49,425 bases of DNA. Source: a virus (taxonomy: Duplodnaviria > Caudoviricetes). The DNA is taken from the IMG/VR virus record IMGVR_UViG_3300037470_000539, positions 1-49,425 of that record; one strand, 5' to 3'. The translations under genes and the position numbers were made by a program. Below, piece by piece: positions 34,654 to 42,401 of this stretch. Under the pieces are notes generated by a model. The model worked only from the letters and a program-made list of their open reading frames with translations, did no database searches and had not been told where the DNA came from. The number at the start of each line of letters is the position of its first letter. Within the stretch, counting starts at the first letter, position 1.

Positions 34654-35273
34654 GTAAGCAGCAGGGAGACATAGAGAGGTTCGCACTTCTGAATCGCCCA
34701 ACAAGATCAGGCGCGCTTATGCGCCCGAGAGTGGTGTCCAGCCCCAACGGCGATTTCGTCACCTACTCCGACCACCTAGAACGGGTGAACTCGCCGAGGT
34801 GCATCTGCGGCCGCGAGCATCGCCCGTCCGGCATGGCCGGGACCGATCTCATCACCGACCCCGGTAAGCCGAGAAAGCCCGGCTGCCGGCAACTCACCTG
34901 GCAGGAGCTATACGAACGGATGCAGCTTGCGGTGGGGAACCGGCGAAAGGAAGCGCGCGAGTTCCTACGCCGAGCCGAGGACGCCGAGAAGCAAGTGGAG
35001 AAGTTGGAGGCTGATGTTGAGCTATTGAGCCGGGGGCGAGACATCTTCCGAGAGCAGAGCGACGCGGCTCACCGACTCCTAGACGAAGCCGAAGCAGAGT
35101 TCGAGAGGCGGGTTGCACGATGGGCTGAGGCCGCCCGTGAGGCTCGGCCCACACCGCACGCCAACTCGTCGGAGTCTCTGTTGTTCGAGGTTAGGGAAGC
35201 AACCCATAAGGCTGATCTCGAATACCTCCAACAGCGCCGAGCCGAACTAGAGGGAGGGGGAGCGGGTGACTGA
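34650..35273 (+). CDS. coiled-coil hypothetical protein
   Basis: GGAGG RBS; coupled. Confidence 0.6.
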   Translation: MSKQQGDIERFALLNRPTRSGALMRPRVVSSPNGDFVTYSDHLERVNSPRCICGREHRPSGMAGTDLITDPGKPRKPGCRQLTWQELYERMQLAVGNRRKEAREFLRRAEDAEKQVEKLEADVELLSRGRDIFREQSDAAHRLLDEAEAEFERRVARWAEAAREARPTPHANSSESLLFEVREATHKADLEYLQQRRAELEGGGAGD

Positions 35274-35508
35274 GTGGTGCCCCGACTGCGACGCGCCGTT
35301 CGATGGCGATGCCTGCCCGTGCGGCTGGCGACCCATACAAGCCGTTTCGCTGGCCTCTTACGAGCAGGTAGTTCAGCAGCGCGATCAACTACTAGAGGCG
35401 GTGAAGCGGCAGCGGGAGCGCAACGAAGCGGACCTTCTCGATCTCACCGATGCGGACCGTCAGCTCTACGAGGCAGCCGAGTCCATAGAGAGAGGTGAGG
35501 GGGTATGA
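35266..35508 (+). CDS. Zn-ribbon hypothetical protein
   Basis: 'WCPDCD...CPCGW'; coupled. Confidence 0.55.
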   Translation: MTEWCPDCDAPFDGDACPCGWRPIQAVSLASYEQVVQQRDQLLEAVKRQRERNEADLLDLTDADRQLYEAAESIERGEGV

Positions 35509-35720
35509 GCCTGTTCGTCTGTGACGACTGCGGTTGCGTCGAGAACACGGCCCTCGCAGGCCCAGGCGGCTACTGGGGCCGTACCCGCCTCGATGGGAAA
35601 GCCCGCTGCTCTGCCTGCAATCCCAAAGTCGGCAAATGGCATGGCCACTTCCCCTGTGAAAAATGGGACGGGAAGCGTGGAGTCGTAAACCGGCCCACTA
35701 CAGAAGGAGGGGAGCGGTGA
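35505..35720 (+). CDS. small Cys-rich phage protein
   Basis: 'MSLFVCDDCGCVENTAL...CSAC...GKWHGHF'. Confidence 0.65.
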   Translation: MSLFVCDDCGCVENTALAGPGGYWGRTRLDGKARCSACNPKVGKWHGHFPCEKWDGKRGVVNRPTTEGGER

Positions 35721-35809
35721 AGGCCCGCACCTACGAGGTCGAGGTCTGCAATGACTGCCATTCCAGCGAGCCTGCTTCCCATGAGATCTACTGTAAGTGC
35801 GGGGTGAGT

Positions 35810-35994
35810 GTGTCGTCAACGTCGGCGCCGGCCCGCCCGATGAGGGCTGCGAGCGCGACACCTGCCCCAGATGCGGCAGAGAGCGCTGGGAGCTGATCGT
35901 CGTCCCCGGCTGCTTCTACTGTGACCGCTGCAAAGTGGCGAGTCCCGGCCCGAATGAAAGACCGCCCGAGCCGCCCAGAGGCGAGCAGATGGAG
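35810..35994 (+). repeat. 185-bp exact direct repeat, copy 2 (retains the presumed original 3' end of the Zn-finger gene, stop 36006)
   Basis: Identical to 34122-34306. Confidence 0.95.
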
Positions 35995-36003
35995 TTGGCG
36001 GCT

Positions 36004-36036
36004 TAGTTGACACGCGGCCAGTAGTCGTGTAGAACT
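36004..36036 (+). promoter_or_regulatory. operator-promoter copy 4 (drives the RAMP-like operon)
   Basis: TAGTTGACACGCGGCCAGTA; TTGACA 36007, 17-bp spacer, TAGAAC(T) 36030. Confidence 0.8.
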
Positions 36037-36105
36037 GGCGCCGACCAAGCAAAAGCCCCCGCACCGTTCGAGCGGCCGGGGGCAGAACACCAGGAGGTTC
36101 CCCTG

Positions 36106-36771
36106 ATGTCGAAGGCAAACGGTAGTTCCACGAAAGCACCCCCTCGCTCAGAGCCGGATTCGCCCCCGCAGATCGAGATTGACCGCATCGCAGTTGGGCG
36201 GATGCGCGTGCCGATCGTCGGCGATTCCCCGCTGATCGTCCACCGTTTCTCGGAGAAGGCGAAAAAGAGCATGCTCGACAACATGCAGGGGAAGCGGACG
36301 CCCAAGAGAGCGAAGGACCCCGTAGCCGAGTTCGAGGGGAGCTTCTATCGCTTTGAGGATGGCCGCCCCGGTTTCCCGATCCTCGCGTTCAAGGCAGCCA
36401 CCGTGTCGGCGGCGCGTTTCTACGGCAAGGAAGTGACGATGACCGCCTTGCGCCAGTACCTCTTCTTCCGCGGCGATCCGGGGACCGATGGGGTCTCCCT
36501 GGCGCCAATCGAAGGCGAGGCCACGATGCGCGAGGACGTTGTCCGTGTCGGCAAAGGCGGGACTGATCTTCGCTACCGCGCCCAGTTCCGCGAGTGGGCG
36601 ACGGTCCTCGACGTCACCTACGTCAAGTCGGCGCTGACGCAGGGCTCGGTGCTCTCGCTGATCGACGCTGGCGGTGTCGGTGTCGGCGTCGGCGAGTGGC
36701 GGCCGGAGCGCAAAGGCGACAACGGCATGTACCACGTCGATCTCGATGCAGAAGTCGAGGTGCTGTCGTGA
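36106..36771 (+). CDS. standalone Cas7/RAMP-like protein
   Basis: N-terminal strand 'VPIVGDSPLIVH', 'GFP..AFKAA...AA' helix, 'LRYRAQFREW...LDVTY', C-terminal Gly-rich loop 'AGGVGVGVGEWRP..KGDNGMYHV'; AGGAGG RBS. Confidence 0.7.
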   Translation: MSKANGSSTKAPPRSEPDSPPQIEIDRIAVGRMRVPIVGDSPLIVHRFSEKAKKSMLDNMQGKRTPKRAKDPVAEFEGSFYRFEDGRPGFPILAFKAATVSAARFYGKEVTMTALRQYLFFRGDPGTDGVSLAPIEGEATMREDVVRVGKGGTDLRYRAQFREWATVLDVTYVKSALTQGSVLSLIDAGGVGVGVGEWRPERKGDNGMYHVDLDAEVEVLS

Positions 36772-37202
36772 GCGATCTCCGAACGGAGTTGCAAGCGGTC
36801 CACGACCGGAACGGCAGGCTCACTCCCGCGATCCTTGTCGAAGAGGCGCGCCCTAAACAGCACCCTCTGCACCCGGTCATCTTCGATCGGCCGGTGAAGG
36901 ACGCTGCCGAGGCCTACTATCGGTCTAGGGCGCAAGAGGTCATCCAATCGGTGAAGATCACCTATCGGACCGACCCCGACGCTGAGCCCAAGTCCACTCG
37001 GGCCTTCGTCGCCGTCCAACGAGGAGGCACCGACAATCGGGGCTTCGTTTACGAGCCGGCGGAGCAGGTTGCTCGGGATGATGCCGCGCTGGAGGCTGTC
37101 CTCGACGAGATGCAGCGCGACTGGAAGATGCTCAAAGCCCGCTACTCGCGCTTCGCGGAGTTCGCTGAGCTGGTGCGCGAAGACAGCTTGGTTGCGGCGT
37201 AA
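36768..37202 (+). CDS. helical accessory protein coupled to the RAMP-like gene
   Basis: GTGA overlap; 'GRLTP..LVEEAR...HPLH...AAEAYYR..A..VI.SV'. Confidence 0.7.
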   Translation: MSDLRTELQAVHDRNGRLTPAILVEEARPKQHPLHPVIFDRPVKDAAEAYYRSRAQEVIQSVKITYRTDPDAEPKSTRAFVAVQRGGTDNRGFVYEPAEQVARDDAALEAVLDEMQRDWKMLKARYSRFAEFAELVREDSLVAA

Positions 37203-37205
37203 AAA

Positions 37206-37523
37206 GGTAGGCGAGGCATGGCCGGGCTCGGCCGGGTGGGGCGAGGTTCGGCAGGCAGGGCATGGCGCGGCAGGGTGCGGCACCGGTGCGGCGCGGCAGG
37301 GTTCGGCAGGCAGGTCAAGGCGTGACGCGGCAGGGCGGGGTTCGGCTTGGCCCGGCAGGCCAGGCAAGGTGTGGCGGGTCCGGGCATGAAGCGGCTTGGC
37401 ATGGTGGGGCAGGCGTGGCGCGGCAGGGCCGGGCTCGGTGCGGCAGGCGAGGCACGGTTGGGCAAGGCCGGGTTCGGCATGGTGGGGCGAGGCAGTCTTG
37501 GCGCGGCTGGGCTCGGCAGGTTT
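37206..37523 (+). ncRNA. GGY-NN pentamer array in 7 blocks separated by GGYA tetramers; candidate guide-RNA locus
   Basis: 56 units in blocks (51 begin GGC/GGT; one is 6 nt) plus 8 GGYA tetramers; starts 3 nt after the accessory gene stop and ends at the terS promoter. Confidence 0.75.
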
Positions 37524-37550
37524 GAGTCTGTCGAGTCCGCCGCCTATACT
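37522..37550 (+). promoter_or_regulatory. sigma70-type promoter for leaderless terS
   Basis: TTGAGT-N17-TATACT, GTG 6 nt downstream. Confidence 0.7.
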
Positions 37551-37556
37551 CGCCCC

Positions 37557-38027
37557 GTGACCGATACGGCAGGGACACTAAAAAAAGGCTCGTGGCAGGC
37601 GAAGTTCATCGACGCATTCCGCGACACCAGCCTCGTCACCGAAGCGGCAAGGGTCTGCGGCAAGGGCCGCTCCACGGTCTACCGCGAGCGCCAGCGCAAC
37701 GAGGACTTCGCTCTCGCGTGGGCCGAGGCCGAGGAGTGGGTGACGGAAGAGCTTGAGCAGGAAGCCAAGCGCCGTGCGCTCGAGGGCTCCGACACGCTGC
37801 TGATCTTCCTGCTCAAGGCCAAACGCCCCCTCGTCTATCGCGAGTCGGTCAAGCTGGACCACGGGGGCAAGATCGGCGTCCAAGTCGAGGAAGGGGTGAA
37901 CGAGGCGATTAGTGACTACCTTGGCGACATTCAGCGGCTTGCCGAGAGACTGGGAGCGCTGGCCGATCGAGGCGAAGCTGACGCTCCTGGGCGGGCTGAG
38001 GGCGAACCTCTGGCGGCTTCAGAGTAA
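37557..38027 (+). CDS. terS: terminase small subunit
   Basis: 'FIDAF....VTEAARVCG.GRSTVYRER...FALAW.EA...LE.EA.RRA..GSDTLLIFLLKAKRP..YRE'; upstream of terL. Confidence 0.85.
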   Translation: MTDTAGTLKKGSWQAKFIDAFRDTSLVTEAARVCGKGRSTVYRERQRNEDFALAWAEAEEWVTEELEQEAKRRALEGSDTLLIFLLKAKRPLVYRESVKLDHGGKIGVQVEEGVNEAISDYLGDIQRLAERLGALADRGEADAPGRAEGEPLAASE

Positions 38028-39369
38028 CCCCGGCCAGTTGCCGCCTCCCGAGTGGGGTGCAGGCACGCGGATCTGGTACGCGCAGGGCGGCCGCGGGAGC
38101 GGGAAGACTCGCGCGGGTGCTGAGGCATTCGCCGAACTCATCCTGAACAACCCCCCCGGCGACTACGCCTGCATGGGGCCGACATTCGGCGATGCCGTCG
38201 CGATGATCGAGCACCGCAAGTCGGGGTTGGAGAAAGTGCTTGGTCCCGCCGCGTCGCAATGGAATCGCTCCAAAGGGGAGCTGTACGTGGCGAACGGATC
38301 GACCGTCTACTGCGACGGCGCCGACGATGGTGGCGAGCGCATTCAGGGGAAAGGACTGCGCGGCGCCTGGGCCGATGAGATCGGGCTCTGGAGAGCGGTA
38401 AAGACGAAGAAGGGCGAGACCAGAGGCGGGATGCAGGCGTGGAAAGAGTCGCTCGCGTTCGCTGTGCGTGAGTCGCCGGCGCTGATAGTCGCGACCGGCA
38501 CACCGAAGGGAAACAGGGGCGTCGTCAAGTTCCTGCGTGAGCGCCCGCCTGGGAGAGTCGTTTTCACGTACCCGAGCCTCGCCGACAACCGCTACAACCT
38601 GGAGCCGGAGATCGTTGCGGAGTGGGAGGCGGATTACGGCGGCACCCGCCTCGGCCGGCAAGAGCTCGAAGGCAGAGTGCTCGAGGACGTGGAGGGCGCG
38701 CTCTGGACGCTGGCGATGATCGAGGACAACCGCTGGCCCGACCTCGCCGAGCTGCGCGAAGCGCTCGACCGCACGCAAGGCAGCCGCCGCGTGGTCGCCG
38801 TCGATCCCGCCATCTCCTCGGGCGAGACCTCAGACGAGACCGGCATCGTGGCCGCGGCGCGCCTGCCCGGCGACTCCGACATCGTGGGCCGCTACGTGTA
38901 CGACGAGGATGCGCGCCGCGTCCCTCACGGGGCGGTACTGGCTGACCGCTCCGGTCGCTATTCCCCGCAAGGGTGGGCTGAGGCCGCAATCGCGCTCTAC
39001 CACGAACTGAGATGCGACCGCATCATCTACGAGAGAAACCAGGGCGGCGAGATGGTGAAGGCGACCCTGCACGCCGTTGACCCCAACGTGCCGCTCACCG
39101 ATGTCTGGGCCTCGCGCGGCAAGACCACGCGCGCTGAGCCGATCTCCGCCCTCTACGAGCAGAACCGCATCCACCATCTCGGCTTCTTCCCCGAGCTCGA
39201 GAGCGAACAGACAGCGTGGGTGCCGGGCGAACCTTCGCCGTCGCGCATGGACGGGCTGGTGTGGGCGTTGACGGACCTGTTCGGCAGCAGCTTGCAGATG
39301 ACGGCCGTGGCGGAGCCGCTCGTCAGCGCGCCGGGCCTGACCACCGATCTCCTCGACCGCCAGATGTAG
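37912..39369 (+). CDS. terL: terminase large subunit
   Basis: Walker A 'GGRGSGKT', Walker B 'AWADE', 'ATGTP', nuclease 'VVAVDPA...DETGI', 'ERNQGG', 'K..RAEP'. Confidence 0.95.
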   Translation: MTTLATFSGLPRDWERWPIEAKLTLLGGLRANLWRLQSNPGQLPPPEWGAGTRIWYAQGGRGSGKTRAGAEAFAELILNNPPGDYACMGPTFGDAVAMIEHRKSGLEKVLGPAASQWNRSKGELYVANGSTVYCDGADDGGERIQGKGLRGAWADEIGLWRAVKTKKGETRGGMQAWKESLAFAVRESPALIVATGTPKGNRGVVKFLRERPPGRVVFTYPSLADNRYNLEPEIVAEWEADYGGTRLGRQELEGRVLEDVEGALWTLAMIEDNRWPDLAELREALDRTQGSRRVVAVDPAISSGETSDETGIVAAARLPGDSDIVGRYVYDEDARRVPHGAVLADRSGRYSPQGWAEAAIALYHELRCDRIIYERNQGGEMVKATLHAVDPNVPLTDVWASRGKTTRAEPISALYEQNRIHHLGFFPELESEQTAWVPGEPSPSRMDGLVWALTDLFGSSLQMTAVAEPLVSAPGLTTDLLDRQM

Positions 39370-39398
39370 CAGTCCGCTCTCTCGCCTATTGTGGTCAC

Positions 39399-39695
39399 AT
39401 GAACAGAGCCGCGCTCAGAGCAGGCGTCGCAGCGCTAGCCCGAGTGGCCAAGACGGGGATCGCCTTTGAGGCCGCGATGGCGAACGTCGCCAAGTACGCA
39501 ACGGCGACCAGGGAAGCGGTCGAGCGTCTCGCAGCTTCGATGAACGCCCTGGACCGGCTCGGCGGCCGCGGCGCCCCCGGCGATCTGGCACGCCTCACCG
39601 AGGCGGTCCTCCGCAGAGACAGGCTCGTCACCGTGACCATGAGCGACGGCGTCTGCCGGGTGGTCTGCCGCCCCCGGCTGGAGGTGGGAACGTGA
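39399..39695 (+). CDS. hypothetical protein
   Basis: Leaderless ATG 6 nt after TATTGT. Confidence 0.55.
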   Translation: MNRAALRAGVAALARVAKTGIAFEAAMANVAKYATATREAVERLAASMNALDRLGGRGAPGDLARLTEAVLRRDRLVTVTMSDGVCRVVCRPRLEVGT

Positions 39696-39943
39696 GCCGC
39701 GGCAAGCGCAGGCACAAGCGCCCGGCTCCGAGTCCCGAGCCCATCGCCCCGCGCGGCGCCCCGCCCCGCCGGCGCGCCTTCGGCTGGCCGCACTTCAACC
39801 CCTACGCCTGGAACGGCGACACGCTCATCGACACGCGCGACGGGGCTGCGGTCGCCACCGCGCAGGAGTTCGGCCTTGCGATACCCGAGATCGAGGCTGG
39901 AGACCTCGGCGATCGCGCCCGCGCCGCCCTGGGCAAGGGCTAG
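39692..39943 (+). CDS. hypothetical protein
   Basis: GGAGG RBS; GTGA overlap. Confidence 0.55.
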   Translation: MSRGKRRHKRPAPSPEPIAPRGAPPRRRAFGWPHFNPYAWNGDTLIDTRDGAAVATAQEFGLAIPEIEAGDLGDRARAALGKG

Positions 39944-39985
39944 ACTCACGTCCACAAACGCACCACAAGGCAAAGGAGATACCGG

Positions 39986-40249
39986 ATGGACCCCGAGCAC
40001 AAGACCCGCCCCGCCGAGCACGCCGGCGATGTCCCGCAGACGCCGGCTCAAGGCCCCTGCCCTACCGAGGAAGCTGCTCTCTCGTGGATCGAGCCCTCGA
40101 TCACGCATTGCAAGTTCGTCGCCAGATCGGCGCCGACGCGGGAGAACGCGCTCGCGCTCACGAAGCTCGAGGAGGCGCGCTTCTGGGCCCGCCACGACCT
40201 CGAGCTCAAGCTGGAGGCGAAGGGAGAGGATCAGCCCGCCGCGGCGTAA
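39986..40249 (+). CDS. Tad1/Acb2-like helical-hairpin protein (candidate signalling-nucleotide sponge)
   Basis: 'TRENALALTKLEEARFWA' motif; AAAGGAG RBS. Confidence 0.6.
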   Translation: MDPEHKTRPAEHAGDVPQTPAQGPCPTEEAALSWIEPSITHCKFVARSAPTRENALALTKLEEARFWARHDLELKLEAKGEDQPAAA

Positions 40250-40297
40250 ACTCCCTCAGGCAACGAGGGCAGGTTGGATTCCCGCCCGGATGCCGGA

Positions 40298-40330
40298 AAC
40301 GCAAGCGGCCCTTCGGGGCCGTTTTGCGTT
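40298..40330. terminator. intrinsic terminator
   Basis: GCGGCCC-TTCG-GGGCCGT stem with UUCG loop, followed by TTTGCGTT. Confidence 0.75.
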
Positions 40331-40361
40331 GGGCGTCTGCGCGCCCGTATAGCTTGCGCGC

Positions 40362-41069
40362 ATGGCCGACGAGCATCCTGTCCTGAGCGCGATCGACGCC
40401 GAGCTCGAGCGGCTGAAGGGCGCGCTGGATTACCACGGGAGAGAGGTCGCGCAGATCGAGTGCGAGATCGAGGCCCTGCGCCAGGCCGCTGCTACCGTGC
40501 AGGGTGCCGTTGAGGGAACCTCTGCTGCGGCCAAATCCTCCCAAGCGCCGCAGCAGAGGCCGCTCGCATCTTCGCCGCCGGCGCCCGACCCTCCTGCACC
40601 TGCATCGAAACGCCCACGGGAACCGGGGCGCCGCATCCCGCCGAGAAGCGAGGTGCTCGAGTTCATCCGCGCACAGAGCGGGCTGACGCGACACGCGACC
40701 ATCAGGTCTCACTTCAGACTCGTCGACGAGGAGCTGCGCCCGATCTTGAAGGGTCTCGTCGCCGAGGGCCAGCTCGTCAGGACGGGCCGCACGTCGGCCA
40801 CGCGCTACTCGTTGCCCGCCGCGTCCGGCGCCCCGCCTCCCTCTTCGCCCCCGACCTCCCCGTCGACGAACGGGGCCGGCACCGAAGGCTCCCTCCAGGG
40901 CCGGATCCTCCAGGCCTGCATGCTGGGCCCGCTCACCATCGCCGAGATGAAGGCGAAGCTCGACGTCGAGGAGGGCGAGCTGCGCAACGCCGTCGGCGCG
41001 CTGATGCGGGAATCCGAGCTGCGGATACAACAGCGCAACGGCTCCACCGCCTACGCCTTCGTTGGCTAG
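40362..41069 (+). CDS. coiled coil + two winged-helix-like domains; putative DNA-binding regulator
   Basis: 'LRPILKGLVAEGQLVRTG.TSATRY' and 'LRNAVGALMRESELRI.....AY' wHTH-like ends; leaderless after TAGCTT. Confidence 0.6.
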   Translation: MADEHPVLSAIDAELERLKGALDYHGREVAQIECEIEALRQAAATVQGAVEGTSAAAKSSQAPQQRPLASSPPAPDPPAPASKRPREPGRRIPPRSEVLEFIRAQSGLTRHATIRSHFRLVDEELRPILKGLVAEGQLVRTGRTSATRYSLPAASGAPPPSSPPTSPSTNGAGTEGSLQGRILQACMLGPLTIAEMKAKLDVEEGELRNAVGALMRESELRIQQRNGSTAYAFVG

Positions 41070-41098
41070 GGGACCGCGCGCGCCGCTAGGCTGGCCTT

Positions 41099-41845
41099 GT
41101 GAGCCTCAGAACCGCCCTGTTCGAGTTCCTCTTCCCCGAAGGCACAGACGCGCCGGCGGGGCCGAGACAGCTTGAAGACCTAGCGCAGAGCGTCGAGGAC
41201 CGCCTCGCCAACATCGAGGCGCTGGTCGGCACGCCGGCGACGCCCGCCGACCCCGACCCCGGCGAGCTCGTCATCGTCAACGGCACGAGCGACCCGATCT
41301 ACCGCGAGGTCACGGGCGACGTGACCTTCAACTCCTCGGGCGCGGCGAGCATCGGGGACGGGAAGGTCGTCGAGAGACACGTCGGCAGAGCGGCGATCGT
41401 GGCGGCCGCGATCAAAGACGCGAACGTCACCTCCCGCAAGGCGAAACTGACGGCGGGGATTGTGGGGGCCAGCGGAAATCTGACGCTGACCAACTCCTAC
41501 CAGGACGTGCCGGGGGCGACCATCGACATCACGCCCGACGTGGCGAGCGTCTTGAAGGTGACTGCGGTCTTTGGTCTGCAAGCGTCTGTTGGCGCGGGGG
41601 ATTCTCGTGCCGAATCCCTTGGGACGATTAACGTTGACGGGGTAGATGAAAGCAGGGTGGCGAGGGCCAAGCTCGATACGACTGCCTCTTCATCGGATGA
41701 ATTGAAGATAACCGCTGCGCAGGTCTATTTCGTCGCATTGACAGCGGCGAGACATACCATCAAAATGCGCGCTAAATTTGAGGTAGGCGGCGGGACTTGC
41801 GGGGTTGCCGATACAGCCTTCCTCTACGAGTTGATCGCCAGCTAG
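41099..41845 (+). CDS. tail fibre / receptor-binding-like virion protein outside the tail module
   Basis: 'P.GTDAPAGP.QL..LA..VE..L' N-terminus, 'IKDANVT..K' repeats, beta-sandwich C-terminus; late-type promoter. Confidence 0.6.
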   Translation: MSLRTALFEFLFPEGTDAPAGPRQLEDLAQSVEDRLANIEALVGTPATPADPDPGELVIVNGTSDPIYREVTGDVTFNSSGAASIGDGKVVERHVGRAAIVAAAIKDANVTSRKAKLTAGIVGASGNLTLTNSYQDVPGATIDITPDVASVLKVTAVFGLQASVGAGDSRAESLGTINVDGVDESRVARAKLDTTASSSDELKITAAQVYFVALTAARHTIKMRAKFEVGGGTCGVADTAFLYELIAS

Positions 41846-42315
41846 CGCTCAACCCCTTTACCGCAAGCTCGACACGACCCTACTTTCACCTTGCGTGTCA
41901 GCCGGATCGTGAATCGCCGCTTGCCTCGGAAGCTGACGTAGCGCAAGCGGTAAGTGCCTGGCGCATTTCTCGCACAGTTGTGGACAACCAACCAGACCAT
42001 CAAGCCGCTGGCGCGATCAGGGTAGGCGGCACCGCAAGAGCCGAGCCATTGTTGCTGGATTTCACGACCCCGCAGGTAGACCCTGGCGTAGACCGCTCCT
42101 CCGCGCAACACCTTCGATTCCCACGTCTTCGGCTTCGAGGTAGCGGTTAGCGTTGTCTTCTGGAAGACCTGAGTCTTCACGGTTCGCGCCTCCGACACCC
42201 CCACCGCCAGCATGACGCCGAGGCCAATGACGACCCACACGACGCCGGCAACCACCGCCCATCGGGTCCAGCGGTAGGCGCGCTCCGCTCGTTGGTCGAT
42301 GCTCAGGTAGCGCAT
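41842..42315 (-). CDS. membrane/secreted protein
   Basis: AAAGGAG RBS before ATG 42315; N-terminal hydrophobic segment. Confidence 0.65.
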   Translation of the reverse strand: MRYLSIDQRAERAYRWTRWAVVAGVVWVVIGLGVMLAVGVSEARTVKTQVFQKTTLTATSKPKTWESKVLRGGAVYARVYLRGREIQQQWLGSCGAAYPDRASGLMVWLVVHNCARNAPGTYRLRYVSFRGKRRFTIRLTRKVKVGSCRACGKGVER

Positions 42316-42350
42316 CTTCACTCCTTTGTTTGGGGATAGAACACGGCGCG

Positions 42351-42395
42351 ACCGTAGCACGTTTAGTTGACACGCGTCCAGTCTCTTGCTACGGT
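42351..42395. promoter_or_regulatory. operator-promoter copy 5, divergent
   Basis: TAGTTGACACGCGTCCAGTC (42364). Plus strand: TTGACA-N17-TACGGT with TG extension. Minus strand: TGGACG-N18-TACGGT with TG extension. Confidence 0.8.
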
Positions 42396-42401
42396 CCGGC
42401 C

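Noticed and set aside
34122-35994. Diversity-generating retroelement TR/VR pair or terminal repeats
   Set aside because: The copies are identical (no adenine-specific mismatches), there is no reverse transcriptase, and they lie only 1.7 kb apart internally.
37206-37523. Canonical CRISPR array, simple microsatellite, or protein-coding repeat (ORFs 37069-37389, 37262-37525, 37142-37480 and the N-terminal extension of 37347-38027)
   Set aside because: No 25-40-bp direct repeats with spacers; units vary only at NN; 5-nt periodicity with 4-nt phase breaks does not fit codon structure; terS has its own promoter and start at 37557. A two-tier G-quadruplex role cannot be excluded but does not explain the block structure.
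37912-38027. 116-bp terS/terL overlap as a frameshift or error
   Set aside because: Both frames are intact, and such overlaps are common in terminase gene pairs.
40268-40296. tRNA T-arm-like hairpin (GGCAGG-TTGGATT-CCCGCC) as an attP remnant
   Set aside because: The loop lacks TTC, there is no acceptor/CCA, and no integrase is present.
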